A stretch of DNA of 64,000 nucleotides, taken from contig CM022672.1 of assembly GCA_012295275.1 (NCBI GenBank), positions 18,786,001-18,850,000 of the forward strand, written 5' to 3'. Below are positions 13,506-28,819 of the stretch, piece by piece. A program made the position numbers and the translations under genes. The stretch comes from Chrysomallon squamiferum. Lineage: Eukaryota; Animalia; Mollusca. Position 1 is the first letter of the stretch. Each line of letters begins with the position of its first letter. A model generated the notes under the pieces. The model worked only from the letters and a program-made list of their open reading frames with translations. It did not search any database and had not been told where the DNA came from.

Positions 13506-14375
13506 ATCACTATCTGTGTCTCTTTCTTTCTTTCTTTCTCTCAAAAACGTTTCACTATGAACACGTCTGTATCAGTGTAGAGATATGTATTTACGACTGA
13601 CCTTCAGACAGATAATTTTATCTAATTTGTCTACTCTTACTGTTATCACAGCCATTACCGTCATAATTATCAGGAACAACTTTATCTTCGTCTTTACGCT
13701 GATAACACTAATAAACGAGCAAACAATTAACAACAATCCAAAAGCATCCACCAGAAGAAAAAAAAAAATGAAAAAAAATTTAGAATATCGATGTTTCCTG
13801 CAGTTTACCAAACAGCTGCAGCTACAAATTACTAGTTACTTTAAAGACTATACAACGAGCAGTAGAAAAATGTTTCCTGCAGAAACCTAATAAAAAAAAA
13901 TCTTGTTGAAATGAAATTACTCAAGATGACGAGGAGGGGATAGTGTCTGTACATTGTAATTAACCTTGTACTCGAGTGAAAAGATTAAAAAAAAAAGAAG
14001 AAAAACCCAATAATTTCTTAATCCATCACCAAGACTGATCATCAAAAGAGGTTGCGCGTTATACTAACGGCGCTCGAAATCGTGCGAAAAAAAAAAGAAA
14101 AAGAAAAAGAATGCATCTGCAGTCACATGAAAGCAATCATTAAATTTAGTTTATTTTTCCGTGGTGTGAGATGTTAGCTTGTCGGTGGTAAACTCGCCAT
14201 CTATCAGTCATGAACGAGTCTGAGTACAAGATGTTAGAATCTGATTTCATGTTTACCCTTCATGAAGCAAATTAGTCAGACAGCGTAATTTCCATTAATC
14301 ATGCATTATTATCTCTTTTTATTCTTATTTTTTTAATTCTTAATAGATTCTTAAAGTTTGATTTATTTAAGGAGA

Positions 14376-14493
<118 letters not shown>

Positions 14494-15029
14494 CTCTTTT
14501 GATATATTTCTTTTAACAAGAAGAGAAGAACGCTTATTTATCAATAGCAGAAAGAGAAAAATACATAAGTGGATACTTTTGATTTGTATGATTAAACTGT
14601 TTCCGTTGACGATAATTTCGATAGAATCAACATTGAAAAATACATTCATTTTCTTTAACCATCAAAACAAATTTGGAAAACGACTAATTATTTATTTGTC
14701 ATTCGTCTCTCTTTGTTGATATTAAACTTTATGTTAGACTGCATTTATTCGAATCTAATTTTGATTCGTGTCTATTTTGGGATCTGTTGTCTAATTTATA
14801 TTTTATAACGTTATCCATAGCTGTCACAATTCTCTTACGTGTTTTGTTATCATTTTGAATTACTTTATGCCGATGATCATAATTAAAATGACTGGTATAA
14901 ACGGGGAAGCGTATAATCCTGATTAAAATAACAGTGAGTGGGAGTTGACACATTTACAGTAACTTTATTATTCTTATATAGAGAGCACAGGAAGCTTTTA
15001 TAATTACCTGTTTTACTTTAACACACACA

Positions 15030-15098
<69 letters not shown>

Positions 15099-17007
15099 TA
15101 CATACACACACATATTTATTCTAGAGTGTCCATACAAAAGATACATACTGATATATTTCTACGATAAATTGTTTCATTTTTTTTGCATGTCTGTGCATTC
15201 AGTTAAAATATTTTTTTGTCATTACAATACTTTTGGAAACAACAATTCTCATCTTAATTAAAACGATAACTGTATTTGTTATTATGAATTGTTCACTCCC
15301 CAGTGATTTTTGAATATTATAAGTATAGTTCTAATATATTGTTTTGATGATTCTAAATTTTATCACTGACGGTCAAGCCAAAAGAAATCCACACACACTT
15401 AATCTGTGACATTTATCACGACATATTTAGTGTTAAGACACTCCAGCTTTCTATATTTAATAATCTTTTTTCTTAGATATATTGTTATATTTCCTAGAAT
15501 GGCATCCTTTCAGTCTGTGTCGACCAATACGAAATGTTTAAATTGGAACCTCCTCTCTTTGTAGTTTCCTGATATCACTGTGTTAACTGCTAAGCTGTCA
15601 CGTGAAAAGCCATCCTATAATCTGAGATTTCCCACACAACAGATTGCTTTGTACGCATTGACTTTTCTCCAAATTGGTGACAATTTGGTCACATTTCTCT
15701 TCAGCTTGACGAAACATCAGAACGAATCATCAATAAATGACATCATGGCCAAGCGAACAGTCTTAAACATTTTTGTTGTTTTTGTAAAGGAACACTGTCT
15801 GTAATCAGAATATTTGTTTGGAGCCTATGATGATGAGCAGTTGCAATCTGATGCTGGAAACCATCTGAGAAACATAAACTCAACTCCAGACGTAACTAGA
15901 TCGTTTTTCAATAGACTCAGTAGACGTAGCGAACTGAGCCATTGGCTGCAGTTTTCGACGCATCGGTGTAATTAAATTACCAAAAGAAAGATATTTATAC
16001 AAAAAACAAAACGAAAAGAGCCGTAAATATTTAGTTTATGTATGCATCATCGGTGATCTGTTTCTCTCGTGCTGAAGACTGGTTGATGGTTCTGGAATCA
16101 TATTTGTAATATGTTTGTTTTCTCTGCACGGCATTTGTCAAATTGTGGTTTTGTGTTGAGACGTCGAGATCAAAGATTATATCCAGTTTCATCTTTTGTC
16201 GATTATTTAAGTTCAGTATACTTCAAAAGTTAAATTATTTTCTACTGAGAGGCGTTGAATATGTACATATACAAATATGTTATGAACTATCATTTTCCAA
16301 CGTAGGTGTTAAAAACATAGTTAGGCTATATGGACAAGTAAACAGTAATCCTACACCTAATGAAATGTAATTATATACTTTTAAATAACCGCTGAGTATT
16401 ATACCATTTTTAACACCAGAAAGTAGAGTAAAAAAAACCCACATATATATATATATATATTCTAAAGTTATATGTGGCAATATACGGACTTATTGTAAGA
16501 TTTTAGATTTTAGATTTTTGCTTCTACTCAGCAATATCATTAGTTTTATAAAATAATAAATAGAAAGAAGGAAAGTTTACCAAATGATAAAAGAATAATT
16601 CATCTCTCTTTCTTCGTGAAATGAAAAAATTTCACATTTATTGGCCTTCAGAGGAATTAAAAGCCCTCAGTATTCTGTTAACAAAATCCCATGAGAAATA
16701 AGCTCAATAATAAATGCAGAAATTTATTTCAATAAATAATGTTGGTTTGTAGTTATTATTCATAATGGTTAACGTGTGTTAGAGTGAAAACTGAGATTTT
16801 ATAACAGATAACTGAGAGATGAAGTTGATTTATTTGTAAATCATTAATGCTGTCCTAAAAAACATATAAAACATTTGACACCTAATACTATTGTTGTTGT
16901 TGTTGTTGTCGTTATTGTTATTACTGTTATTATTAGAATTATAATCAATATCATCATCATTATTTTTACTATTATTATTATTACTATTATTATCATTATT
17001 ATTATTA

Positions 17008-17075
<68 letters not shown>

Positions 17076-17309
17076 ATATCTGAGGTAAATGGTATCAAAT
17101 AAAATAATTCTAATAGTCTGTTATTACACTTTCTGTTTCTTCAACTGTCACAGATTTACGATAATGTATAATTGTGAAAGAAACTGACTAATTCAGTTCC
17201 TTTACATATTAGCTCAAAGAGATTTTAGTTTAATTAGTCAAATAAGCATTTATCTCCAGTGAAGGTAAAAAAAAAGATCAGTAATGAGCAGATCATTACA
17301 GTGCTTTCA

Positions 17310-17535
17310 GACGCGTTCAACACATTTTATTTACAATTCTGTGGCACTAGGCATACGGTTAAGGACCACTCAGTTAAGCAGAGAAAAAACTCCATGAGCT
17401 AACCTTTATGACAAGCATCTATTACTTCAGTTGTGCAGGACTGGCTTGAAAGAGAAATTGCCTAATGAGTCCTCAAAGAAGGATGGATCCAACAGTGGAT
17501 CGAGCGGACATTATAGCACTAAGCTACGTCTTGTC
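17310..17535 (-). mobile_element. SINE family A copy, degenerate
   Basis: Minus head gacaagacgtagcttagtgc, B-box-like GGATCCATCC, 3' part caacacattttatttac..ggttaaggaccac. Confidence 0.65.
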
Positions 17536-18246
17536 TTTAAAGATAATGTCTTGTGTTAAATGATACAACACTTGATGTTTTTTTTAATTATAATAATATT
17601 TAACTCAGATTTTCCATTCACCTCTTCACAATATAATATAACAAACTATTAAATGATATATAATTCTTCCAATTTTTTTTTTTTTTTTTTAAGCTATGTC
17701 TCCAATAGTTAAAATTGTTCATAAGCACAATGTAACAGAGTATATTGGCATTACGAAACCAGTTAGCTGCAATAACTGAACCCAGCTTGCTTCTGCTTTA
17801 AAAAGTGGGTCTACATTTTAAAGAACGTGATTTTAAACACTGGACTTGTTTCATTCTAATATATCAAGTGGACAGAATCGCTGCTGAAACTTCCACTGTG
17901 AAATACATTTGTATCAGACAACTTGTACAGGTAACTTTCCTCACAAACATAAAATTAAATTATTGCCAACTCTATAATTATATGAAGTATCTGGATTTAA
18001 TTCCTACTCTTGTGAAAGTGTTGTATCAAATCTTTTCTGAATTCTTCACGTAATGGTCTTGGTGAGAGTGACCTTCCTTCAATTCAACGTGTTTCTATGG
18101 TTAGGTTATTCAGTGACATTTACTTTGTAATACGCCACAGTGATAATAATTAAGTAAGCGTCTTTGAGGTAACTACGACACACGTTCTGAATCGTCCTGA
18201 TTACTTAATTAATAACAACAGAGACGATCTGGGTGTTGTTCTTACA

Positions 18247-18285
<39 letters not shown>

Positions 18286-19854
18286 CACAGACGCAGAAAG
18301 AGACCAACACACATAAACACACATACAGACACACACACACACTGACACACATACATACATGCACTCATACATACGTACATACATACATACATATATACGT
18401 ACAGACATACATGCATACATGCATACATACGTACATGCATATAGGCATACACGTACACACATACATAGATACATATGCACACAAAAACACACACGCATAG
18501 ATTCATACATATATACATACATACATACGTATATGCATATATAGATATTCACACACATACATACATTCACACAGCAGCACATGTGCATGCTTGTTATGCA
18601 TTTCAGTGTATTAAATCAACTCTGTAACACTACCTTTCAGACAGGAAAAGCGTCTGAGGTCGTCTTGCATACACATTATTGTTGCTAACTGACCAGGCGT
18701 GTGTCTGTCACAGTTGTAATATTACTCTGCTGTGTCTGTCACCTTCATCTCAGTACTGCTCAGACAATATTTCCTCAGGAAGAAGGCCGCCAAAAACACG
18801 AGAAGAAAATTATCATCATCAGTTTGTTTTGAAGCGACTGCTGTGACAAGTCCTACTTCTCTGTCGACGACGTTGCAACAGATACTAGTATTTCGTTGCT
18901 ATTTTTTATTTTTTTTATTTTTATTTTTTTTTTTTTTTATTTTATTTAATTTTTTTTCTTAACTTTTCGAATTTCTTTTACTTCTATTTTTTTATTTATT
19001 TATTTATTTATTTTTTTTATTTTTTTTTTGTTTTTTTTTTTGTTATTGTTGACTATGTGTTACGAATGTTATGGCATCCGAATTCCTTTTTTTTTAACTC
19101 TTCTACGTTAGAAAATAAGTGTGGGTGTGTAGGTATGTGTGTCTGTGTGTGTGTCTGTGTGACTGTGTGTGTAGATGTGTATGCCTGTGTGTGTGTCTGT
19201 GTGTGTGTGTGTGTGCATATGTATATATTTACCTCTATGACCTCCATTAGCCGAGATACTTTTCATATCTGAGTGTCATTAAACTCTCATTCACTGAGTT
19301 AGTCCTTTGATGAACATAATACGTGTGTGAGTAACACATACGTATACACAGACACTCAGACCCACACACAGACAGATACACGTAATGGGAGTCATACTGG
19401 TAACACACATGAACACACTGACAGTTATTACTTCACTGCAAAACAGTAATTGAAGTGAATCATATGATTACAGATAGTTAAAATTTTGCTGAAAGCAATG
19501 TCCTGTTGCGTAACATTTTCTAGAGAAATAACAAGCAAATGGGTTTGAACTTTTGATGAATAAACATGTTATGAAAGTAAGAGTTTAATAGCCTAGAATA
19601 ACCATGTTACATATTACGTTTAGCTATCATTTACTTTGAAAAAAAAATAAAGTTTTAGAAAAAATATATTATTTAGTAGTTATATTCATTCAGTAAATGG
19701 TAATTTAACATGAGTAATAAAAATAAAAAATAAAAAACATAAAACAAAACAAAACAAAATAAAAAAACCCAGTGAAATATTTATAACTATTTATTTCAAT
19801 GACTGGCATAATGGAGTTTGTTATTTGCATTTTTTTTTTTTTTTTTTCTAACAG

Positions 19855-19988
19855 ACAGAGAACCGCATGTCGAGGCCTGTGAAAAAACTGTCGCTAGAGA
19901 CTGTCCAGAACGGGAAATAGTGCAAATAGACCATTGTGGAGAATATACGTATCTTGATATTGACAGCGATAGAAAATATAAAATGTAA
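19855..19988 (+). other. Candidate terminal exon (unverified)
   Basis: Poly-T then ctaacag| acceptor; open frames REPHVEACEKTVARDCPEREIVQIDHCGEYTYLDIDSDRKYKM* or TENRMSRPVKKLSLETVQNGK*; ATTAAA just downstream. Confidence 0.25.
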
Positions 19989-20765
19989 CCAAACCTTAGT
20001 ACATATTAATTATTAAACATGCATTTGTTTATTTGCATGTTTGTTTGTTCTTTCTTTTGTTTTTTGTTTTTGTTTGTTTGTTTTGTTTGTTTTGTTGTTT
20101 TTTTGTATATGTGTCAGGTCTTTTTTTCCCCTTTTGTTTGTTTAATTCACATCATTTTTATACTGTCACACCACACATTTGTATGTCAAGAAAAAAAAAA
20201 AAGTTCAAATATCTGACTTTAAAAGAAATGAACTTTAAATTCAAACAAGTCGTAATTTCCCCACGACAGCACTACGATCGTCGTATCGTTTACTAATTTT
20301 TTAATACCCGGACACAGACGTTATGTCAGTGATTCATGTGATGCGGTGTATAATGGTCATTAAGAACACAGCCTGTAGATATGTAAGTAATACTGTTTCG
20401 CATCACGCAGCTCAGCATGTTGTGCAGTCAAGTCACTGAAATCAGAGAGGCTCAGCTGAAGTTATGTAACACTTCAGTCGCCGTTGGAAACGAGCGATTA
20501 ATTTGACTGTGACTCGAAGAATTCGAAGCAGCTCGGATAAGTTCGACTGGTGCACGTTTAGCCAGACTTTAAATAAAGTGCTTATCCGAAATGTGTCATT
20601 AAGTGCTCAGCTGTCTTACGTTTTGTATTTTTTTGATTAAGTAAAAGATTGTATATACATGTCTATGCGTATTATATTTAAGTACGTGTACACACGCAAA
20701 CACACACACATAGGCACATAGGTATGTTATTATTTCTGGATGTTTTTATCTGTGTGTGTGTGCGT

Positions 20766-20884
<119 letters not shown>

Positions 20885-22570
20885 TTACTCGACAGTTTTG
20901 CACTATCTAATGTTACTTGCTTGTCTACACAAGTCACACAGAAGATTGTTTCATGAGCCGACTGATTTACGAGCGCACATTGACAGTGTAATTAAATCTG
21001 CTCAGAAATCACATTCTCGGCAACAAAGACAAAAAAAAAAAAAAAAGCCCAACATGTACCATATTGTGTATTGATCCTGTTCAGTGTCTCTCATCTTGCC
21101 GAAGAAAAATGTGACCACTTCGTCACCAATATTGCGAAGAGACAGTGCGTTCAAAACAGTCCGTTGTAAACGACACAAATTGGACGGGTGTCATTAATTT
21201 TGGCTTACCCGTAGTAGTAAATAAATCAGTTTACAGGCCTACTAAATATGTCATGGTAGAAGACAGTGATTGTTTGAATATCTTTTAGTTTCACATTCTA
21301 GAACAAAACTGAGAATATTCAAAAACAGTAAGATTAAAAAAAAGTCAATGGTCACAAAATGTTTCATAGTATGAGACAAATATCGCAAGAATATAACTCA
21401 TTTCTTACATTACTTCAGTTAAAACAAAGACATTAAGCACAGAGTTACCGAACATGTAATTATTTAACACAAATGCAGTGTATACATATTATTATACGGA
21501 TGTCTTTGGGTTTTTCGGCATTATTAGCAATTATACTTGAAAGTATTTCGGTATAATAGTTGAAAACTGTAAAGACGTTCATGCAGGAAAGACAATCGAC
21601 ACTAAACATATCGTATTAGCAGACATAAATTGTATGAGGGTCCTTTATCTTGTCATTATGATGGAGTATCAACAATTAACCAGGACAATACTCAGAAATT
21701 ACAGAAACAATTTGTAGAAAAGTCAATAGGTACAAAGCAATTTGAAAAAGGAGACTCGAACTAGACTGATTTATTTAGTGTAGATTCAGAAGTTCACACG
21801 ATTATATAAGCAGACTAGCAATACAAGACGCAGAAATACTCGGGAACAGAAGACATAATTTGCAAACATCATAAATTCAGCAATAATACAAGCAAACTTT
21901 AAGTCGAGTAGCATTGTACAATACGAAACACTCGGGTATCTTCTGGTTTCACAGTCGTATCAGACATCAAACCAATAGTAAAACAAAAATTAAAAGACAT
22001 TTAAGAAAACAGTATACAGAGATGACAAATTTTACAAAGATATTCGACAGAATAGTCAGATTTATTTCGCTTCATTGTTTTGGCATAAAATAGCAAAAAA
22101 AACACACCAAGAAACTCTAATAAAATTTCATAATAGGAAACGTAGGCTGAACGGATGTCTTTTGCATTGACATTTGAAAACATTTTTTTTTTCTTCTTCT
22201 TCTTCTTCTTCTTTTTGCCACCGTCAAAGAAGGAATCTACAGAGACAATATTAGAAAAGTTAATCGGTTGTAGGAGACATAAATTGCACGGGCGTCTTTT
22301 TGTCTTGACATTGCAGGACAATTTTTATCAATTTTACAACTGAACTAGGAATCTTCAAAGACTGATGAGCTTCAGGGTAGAGAGACTGATCTTCGATCGA
22401 TGGTCACTGACGTGGTTATCAGAGGCAGTGATAGAGCTTACGTGATCCAACGAAAGATATTTTCACAGCGCAATTTTCGCAATAAAATGAAAAATATTCA
22501 AAATATTTTTTTTTTCATTTTTTTTTTTGCATTCGTATTCAGTTAATTACAAAAAAAAAAAAAAAAAAAA

Positions 22571-22880
22571 GATAGATAGATAGATAGATAGATAGACAGA
22601 TACACATACAGATAGACAGATACATAGACAGATAGGCAGATAGATAGACATACAATGACAGGCAGACTGATACATAGATAGATAGACAGATACATAGATA
22701 TAGATAGATAGATAGATAGACAGACAGACAAACAATCAGACAGATAGAAAAATAGATAGACGGACAGACAGATATACAGATATACAGATAGATAGAGAGA
22801 CAGATACATAGACAGATAGATAGATAGATAGACAGATAGATACATAAATATTTACCATACACATATACAGACAGATAGGA
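22571..22880. repeat. Degenerate (GATA/GACA)n microsatellite
   Basis: Direct inspection. Confidence 0.9.
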
Positions 22881-23499
22881 AGAGATGTAAATATTCACAT
22901 ATCTATGGGCATTACTATAATTATAAAACTAAATATAATAATAATAATAATAATATAATAATAATAATAATAATAATATATCTACCCAGATAAACGTTAT
23001 CAACAAGAAATAACTCTTGATAACAGAAAACATTACAAAGAACAATAAAAGGAATCTAGTGAACAACTTGCTAGATTCGTACAAGAAAACAACAAGAATT
23101 GTTCAAAATAATTGGTCACAATTAAATCACGTAGGAAACAAAATGAAAATTGATTATCTCCACATCATCATCTTCGCTGCCTATTTTACGGATCTCTTTT
23201 ATTAGCATTCTTAGACTTGTTTCAGTGAGAATAAACACTGAAAGCACATCTCTCTTTATCCTTATCTCATTCTCTTATCACGAATACTTTCATTACAGTT
23301 CATTAAAAAAAAAGAAGTATAACATCCTGTTATTATTCGTGTTTGTAAACCCACTGCTAAATTAAGAGAGCTTTAGATGTTCGGAGAGTGTTTGCTATCT
23401 ATTTGTATGTAACAATGATAAATATGTATTTTTTTTTTCCCAATGAATTCTCGCAGTTAAAAACCAATTGTCCTAAAGCCAGGTAGGGTATACGGTACT

Positions 23500-23910
23500 A
23501 AAACGTAATCGAAAATTATACATTCGAAAAATATATTTATATACAGTAATAAAATAAAATGGAAAATGAGTGGGCCTACGTTCGTAAAACGTGATGGAAA
23601 ATTATATGTAAATAAAACTTAATGAAATTATACATTATAGAAACATAATTTAAAACTATTTGTAAATAAAACATAACGATAATAGAAAATTGCATTGTTA
23701 GTAAAAAGCAATGAAACGTTGTGCATTACGTAAAAGCGCAGTAGAAAATTATAGATTAGGTAAACGTTTTGGAAAATTAAACATTAAAAACATAATGAAA
23801 AGTATATACTAGAAAAATGTCATATTAAAGCGTAAAAAGTAAGAAAGAAAGAAAAGAAAAAAAAAAGAAAAAATAAAGAAAAAAAAATTTTGGAAAATGT
23901 ATACATTAGG
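23500..23910. repeat. Highly degenerate ~30-bp minisatellite
   Basis: Recurrent aaaac(g/a)taatggaaaattatacatt-like unit. Confidence 0.55.
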
Positions 23911-24254
23911 AAAAGGGGAGAATCAGATGTATTCTGAAATAATAATGACACTTGTATTATAATGCATGGTTTAATGTACAAACAAAAGATACATCTCCCG
24001 TTCACATCGTTCAGAAAACCACAAGGAATAGTAAGAAGTAATATTGATTGTCTTATCTTCAAGACGCTGTTTTAACAATGATAAACACTGGTTTCTTTTT
24101 TAACTAAAATTAATGGTATTGGATTTGGAAACCATATAACGATAGTTGCAAAAGATATGCAAAACTTCAAATGTCTTTAATATTTCCTATCAGACAATAA
24201 TATGCATTGAAGGAAATGTCACGGAGGATTCCCCTCAGTTGTAAATATACGATT

Positions 24255-24841
24255 CAAGGAAAAAAGTCACAGGAAAAAAAGTCACAATATTTTATTAAAA
24301 TTAATAAATACATTAGAAATGAAAGATGGATGAAACACATGTTCTTTGATTTTAATGTCGGCCCTCAAGGTTCTCTGTAAGTCTGTTATCACTGAACCTC
24401 AACAATTACAACTAGATTTTTTGACGCATTTCCACCACAACTTTGTTTTGCGAGTTGCATGTTTGGTATACATGAACCCCTCATAACAGAATTTTGTTAC
24501 CACCCTTATTGCTATGAGCAATTTCCATATTAAACATACTTCTGATACTAGAGCAAGCTGGAGAATATATAGTGAAACAGATTCTAACCTTGGACATTTT
24601 ATAAATCATTTACAGTAGGAAGTCCTCAGTTTAAATGTATCCTAATCAGTAAGCTAAACCCAAGTTAGACCCAATATGAAGCCTCTTTGTTTAATCTAGC
24701 CCAATCAGTAAGGTTAAAAATTACCCCATGCTTACTATGATGCCACATTCAATACTCTACAAACCCATACATTATGTAACTTTTTTCCTGTGCCTTTTTT
24801 TTTTTACTATAGTAAACTATGACTTTTTTTCCAGTCACCAA
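24255..24841 (-). mobile_element. Deleted MULE-like DNA transposon with terminal inverted repeats
   Basis: Left end ggaaaaaagtcacaggaaaaaaagtcaca (~24259-24286) is inverted to tgtaacttttttcctgtgcctttttt and atgactttttttcc (~24775-24832). Internal minus peptide RLTENLEGRH ~ RTxNxxEGWH. Confidence 0.6.
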
Positions 24842-26476
24842 ATATATATATCTGTCTCGGGTAGGTTACCATCCGAGTCGGCTTGGCTCTAGTGGTATCC
24901 GATATAGGATCTATGTATGCAATATATATATCGCATCACGATTTTGTACAGTAGAACAAAACAAACACAAGACACTTAAAAACTACAGCAGCGCTAGCGA
25001 TGAACATTCAATATAGCAGTAAACAGTAACTGTCATATGTCACGAGTTATTTCAGTCAGCACAGCAAATATATATTTATATAACTAGTTACCCAGGTCCA
25101 GTCTGAACTCTTACAGTGCGTCCAGTGGACAGCGACAGTTCTCTTGGAATCGTTCCACATTTCTCACCTAACAAACAAAAATCTACGCTCTTTTACCTAC
25201 GCTCTGTCGCCAGATCATTCTGCGAAACAAAGGCCCGTAACACCTACCACTCACGTAGGTGATGATTAATCCCGCAGTTCCCAGGCTTTTTGTTCATTCA
25301 GCAGATATTTTACAGGCGGAAGATTAAAAACATTCTTCCATCAGAGGACGATATATATATATATATATATAATTGTATAGGTAGTTATCACTGATTATCG
25401 ATAAAATATTGCATTTTCTTTTTCTATTATAGAACAGTTTTTTCCAAAATTTATGTATCGAAGACGCTGGTCACATAATACCGTATGTGACAGTAATAGA
25501 CTCTTTTTGAAATGAAGCAAAAATACTTAGACGAGGGACCTGGGGGCCACACAAGGTCCCTATAAGTGCCAACTCCAAAGCAAAATCCTCGATTCTAGCC
25601 CATTTATAATTTATATTTTTAAAATAAAATCTTTGTATATAAGAAAATTTTTTTTTTTTTTTTTTTAAAATCGTGTTTCGGTATGTGGTATTTGCCTCAG
25701 TCTACTTATGGCCATGCCGTATCAGCATGATCCTAGCGTAAATTACGCAACAGTCTTGCAAATAATAACCTTAAAGCACCGAGCGGTAAAAGCAGACAAA
25801 ACAACATTTAAACCTAAATGGAGTCACATCTCCGTCACGAAAGTATTGTTTAACCCACTGACATTCAAAAGTAACATGATTAGCAAAGAAGAAATGATAA
25901 TTGATCCGTAAGTGGATTATTTTGTAAATCTCTCGTGCAGCACGTAAATTCTGCTTGGTCTGTTTACACAGAAAGCTATACTGGTCAAACACAGTGCTAA
26001 ATTCGTTAACGTATTGGTTGTTTTTTTGTGTGCGTGTGGTGTTTTTTTGTTTTTTTTCACGAACTATTTTCCTCCAGTTATCGTCACGTACATGATCGGT
26101 TCTGCAGCATTTACGTGCACGATGTTATTTTATTAAAGAAAGAGTGATGGCTAATATGTGGTCCACGTTTAGAAAATAAGCTTGTTTAATTTAAGTTTTA
26201 ATAATGAATATTTATTTGTGTTCCAGAATTTAATTTTCTAGGTTTGTTTTTCTTTTTTTTCTTAATGCATTTTTTTAAAATGTATTTCCGTTGACACTGA
26301 AATATAATTTATTCACAGGTGATGCAGGGATTAATCTAGATTTTGTATTCTGTTGTATATTATTTTAAATATCATATTATTTATAAAAATAAAAACAGAA
26401 TGAGAATAGTTTCAGCTATATATATATATATTACAAGTGAATCGAACGTTATTACATTCAGGTATATTAGAGTACA

Positions 26477-26793
26477 TAAATTTACATATAAAAGTTTTTT
26501 ATAATTATAAACCATAAACTTGAAACTTCTCACTTCCCAAATTTTAATTAAACAAAAAACAATCAATAATTCCCTTCATTATCCTGTTATTTTTAAGAGA
26601 TAAGAATAATAGTGACATTATTTTAAAGAATATCGAACCGTTCGATATTTTAGCTATGGTGACAGTTAGCTAATTACAGGATTGCAATTACAAATTAATA
26701 ATATTATTTGAAATTAATAAAATTTGTAACGTTTACGCATAATGTTATGTTCTACGTATTTGTATGTTCTGAATACATATATTTTGTCATTAA

Positions 26794-26878
<85 letters not shown>

Positions 26879-27345
26879 GCTCGCTCTCTCTCTCTCTCTT
26901 TCAGTAACCACAGTAAAAAAAAAATCTTCTTCATAACTATTATGATATAATATTTTAAAACTAAAAAAAGAAAAAACATTCCAACTTAAAAAGAAAAAAG
27001 AATAAAAATAAAAAATAAAAAAACTCTTTCGAAAAAATACGTGTCTAAAACGAAATTATCTTGATAATTACAGAATTAAAGAATGTCATTTAAATTAAAT
27101 TTAAATTTACATGTAAAAGTTTTTTATAATTATAAACCATAAACGTGAATCTTCTCACTTCCCAAATTTTAATTAAAAGAAAACAATCAATAATTCCCTT
27201 CATTATCCTGTTATTTTTAAGAGATAAGAATAATAGTGACAGTATTTTAAAGAAATTCGAACCGTTCGACATTTTAGCTATGTTGACAGTTATATCATAA
27301 TATATATCATAATAGTTATGAAGAAGATTTTATTTTACTGTGGTT

Positions 27346-27437
<92 letters not shown>

Positions 27438-27476
27438 AATGACAAAATATATGTATTCAGAACATACAAATACGTA
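26477..27476. repeat. Local duplication plus inverted duplication (A-B-A'-B'inverted)
   Basis: A 26477-26668 ~ A' 27102-27292 (direct); B 26753-26949 ~ reverse complement of 27303-27476, including the CT/AG tract. Confidence 0.9.
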
Positions 27477-28775
27477 TTTAAATGATATTCTTTAATTCTG
27501 TAATACATTTAAGTACTGTACTGAATGGTACTGAAAACTGAAAAATAATAATAATAATAATAAAGAACCAGAGAAAAATACAGTTTGTATATAAATACAA
27601 AGACACTGAAAAAATCTGCGACGGACACACCCGCTGACCTGTCAGAAAGCGTGCCCGTCGTAGACGTACTTCACAACAGCTTTCTCTGATTAGCACGTTC
27701 ATTTTTATTCACATTTCACGAAAAAAATTCTGTTGCATATATCAAGTAATTTCGTGTTGGTTTTAACGAAATAGATTATAATTTCAGAGGAATATTTGAA
27801 TCTGTAATTAAATATGATAAATCCCATTATTTTGCGTCAAGTTATTACTTACAGAAAATATCAAATTATCGGGGATATTTTAATCTGCACGGTCCCACTT
27901 GCAAATCTGTCGAATTTTCTGTAATCTCTTTAGTATGATTACACCAGCGGGTTTTCCAGTAAACTTGTTTTAGACAAGGCATACGTGAGACGGAAAGAAT
28001 AAACGCTCTAATAAAAATTATTTCATGTTATTTTATTGTTTTGGGCGACCTATCATCATCGCTCATAACAAAAATAACGGTGTTATGAAACGTATGAACC
28101 TCGCCATTTTAACCTTTAGAGGTTCGGTTCGAAGTTGAATTTCAAAAAGGCCATTATAAAGAGAGTTCTAAAATATAACAAACTGAAAACGTAACAGAAA
28201 GAAAGAATAAAACAATCTGGAACAATGACAAACAAGACCCGTATGGGAACAAGAGTGATTGTGTGTGGGGTGGGAGCTCGCGCGTTTCTGTTGGTGTGAA
28301 TCTGTTTGTGTGCGTGTGTTCGTGTGTTATATGCGTGCATGTGTGTTTAGGAATTTACGCACTGGTAAAAGATGCCAAAGAGCAACCATATCCTCACATC
28401 TAACAGTTTCCGCTGGTGAGACTGAAACGTATGATCGGACTCGACCATTATATATTCTTCAATACTCGTTGACAAACATCGTGACCTGCAAAACAATCAG
28501 TTCTTTGTCTCTTTTTTTAATTTATTTTTCTCTGCACTGTTACTGTATTTCGATAATGATACAAACTGACAACGTAGAGGTCATCTCTTCTTCTCTCAGC
28601 AGCGAGGGACTTTTTTTTATGCACCTTCTCAGATTCAGTTTGCAATTTTATCGTCTGCTTTGAAGAAACCCATTCATTCTTCGGAAATAACAATAATATT
28701 ATATGAATCTTGAATGACATATGTCGTGCTGTTTTCATAATGTTTTTAACCAAAGTATCCAAAAGTAAAGTTTAT

Positions 28776-28819
<44 letters not shown>

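Noticed and set aside
12934-13560. Long ORFs with YVCM/HTYI, LSIY, SLSL/ERER, poly-I/N or YCTV repeats, here and at 1.2-2.0, 3.3-3.7, 10.6-11.4, 18.2, 22.5, 29, 30.7-31.5, 46.8-48 and 60-60.7 kb
   Set aside because: They are stop-free translations of microsatellites, open in several frames on both strands.
21560-22330. Possible decayed LINE or other coding fragment
   Set aside because: Only vague resemblance; no motif I could support.
25536-25561. GC hairpin gggacct..aggtccc as a terminator or Helitron-type end
   Set aside because: Short stem, no bacterial context and no second terminus identified.
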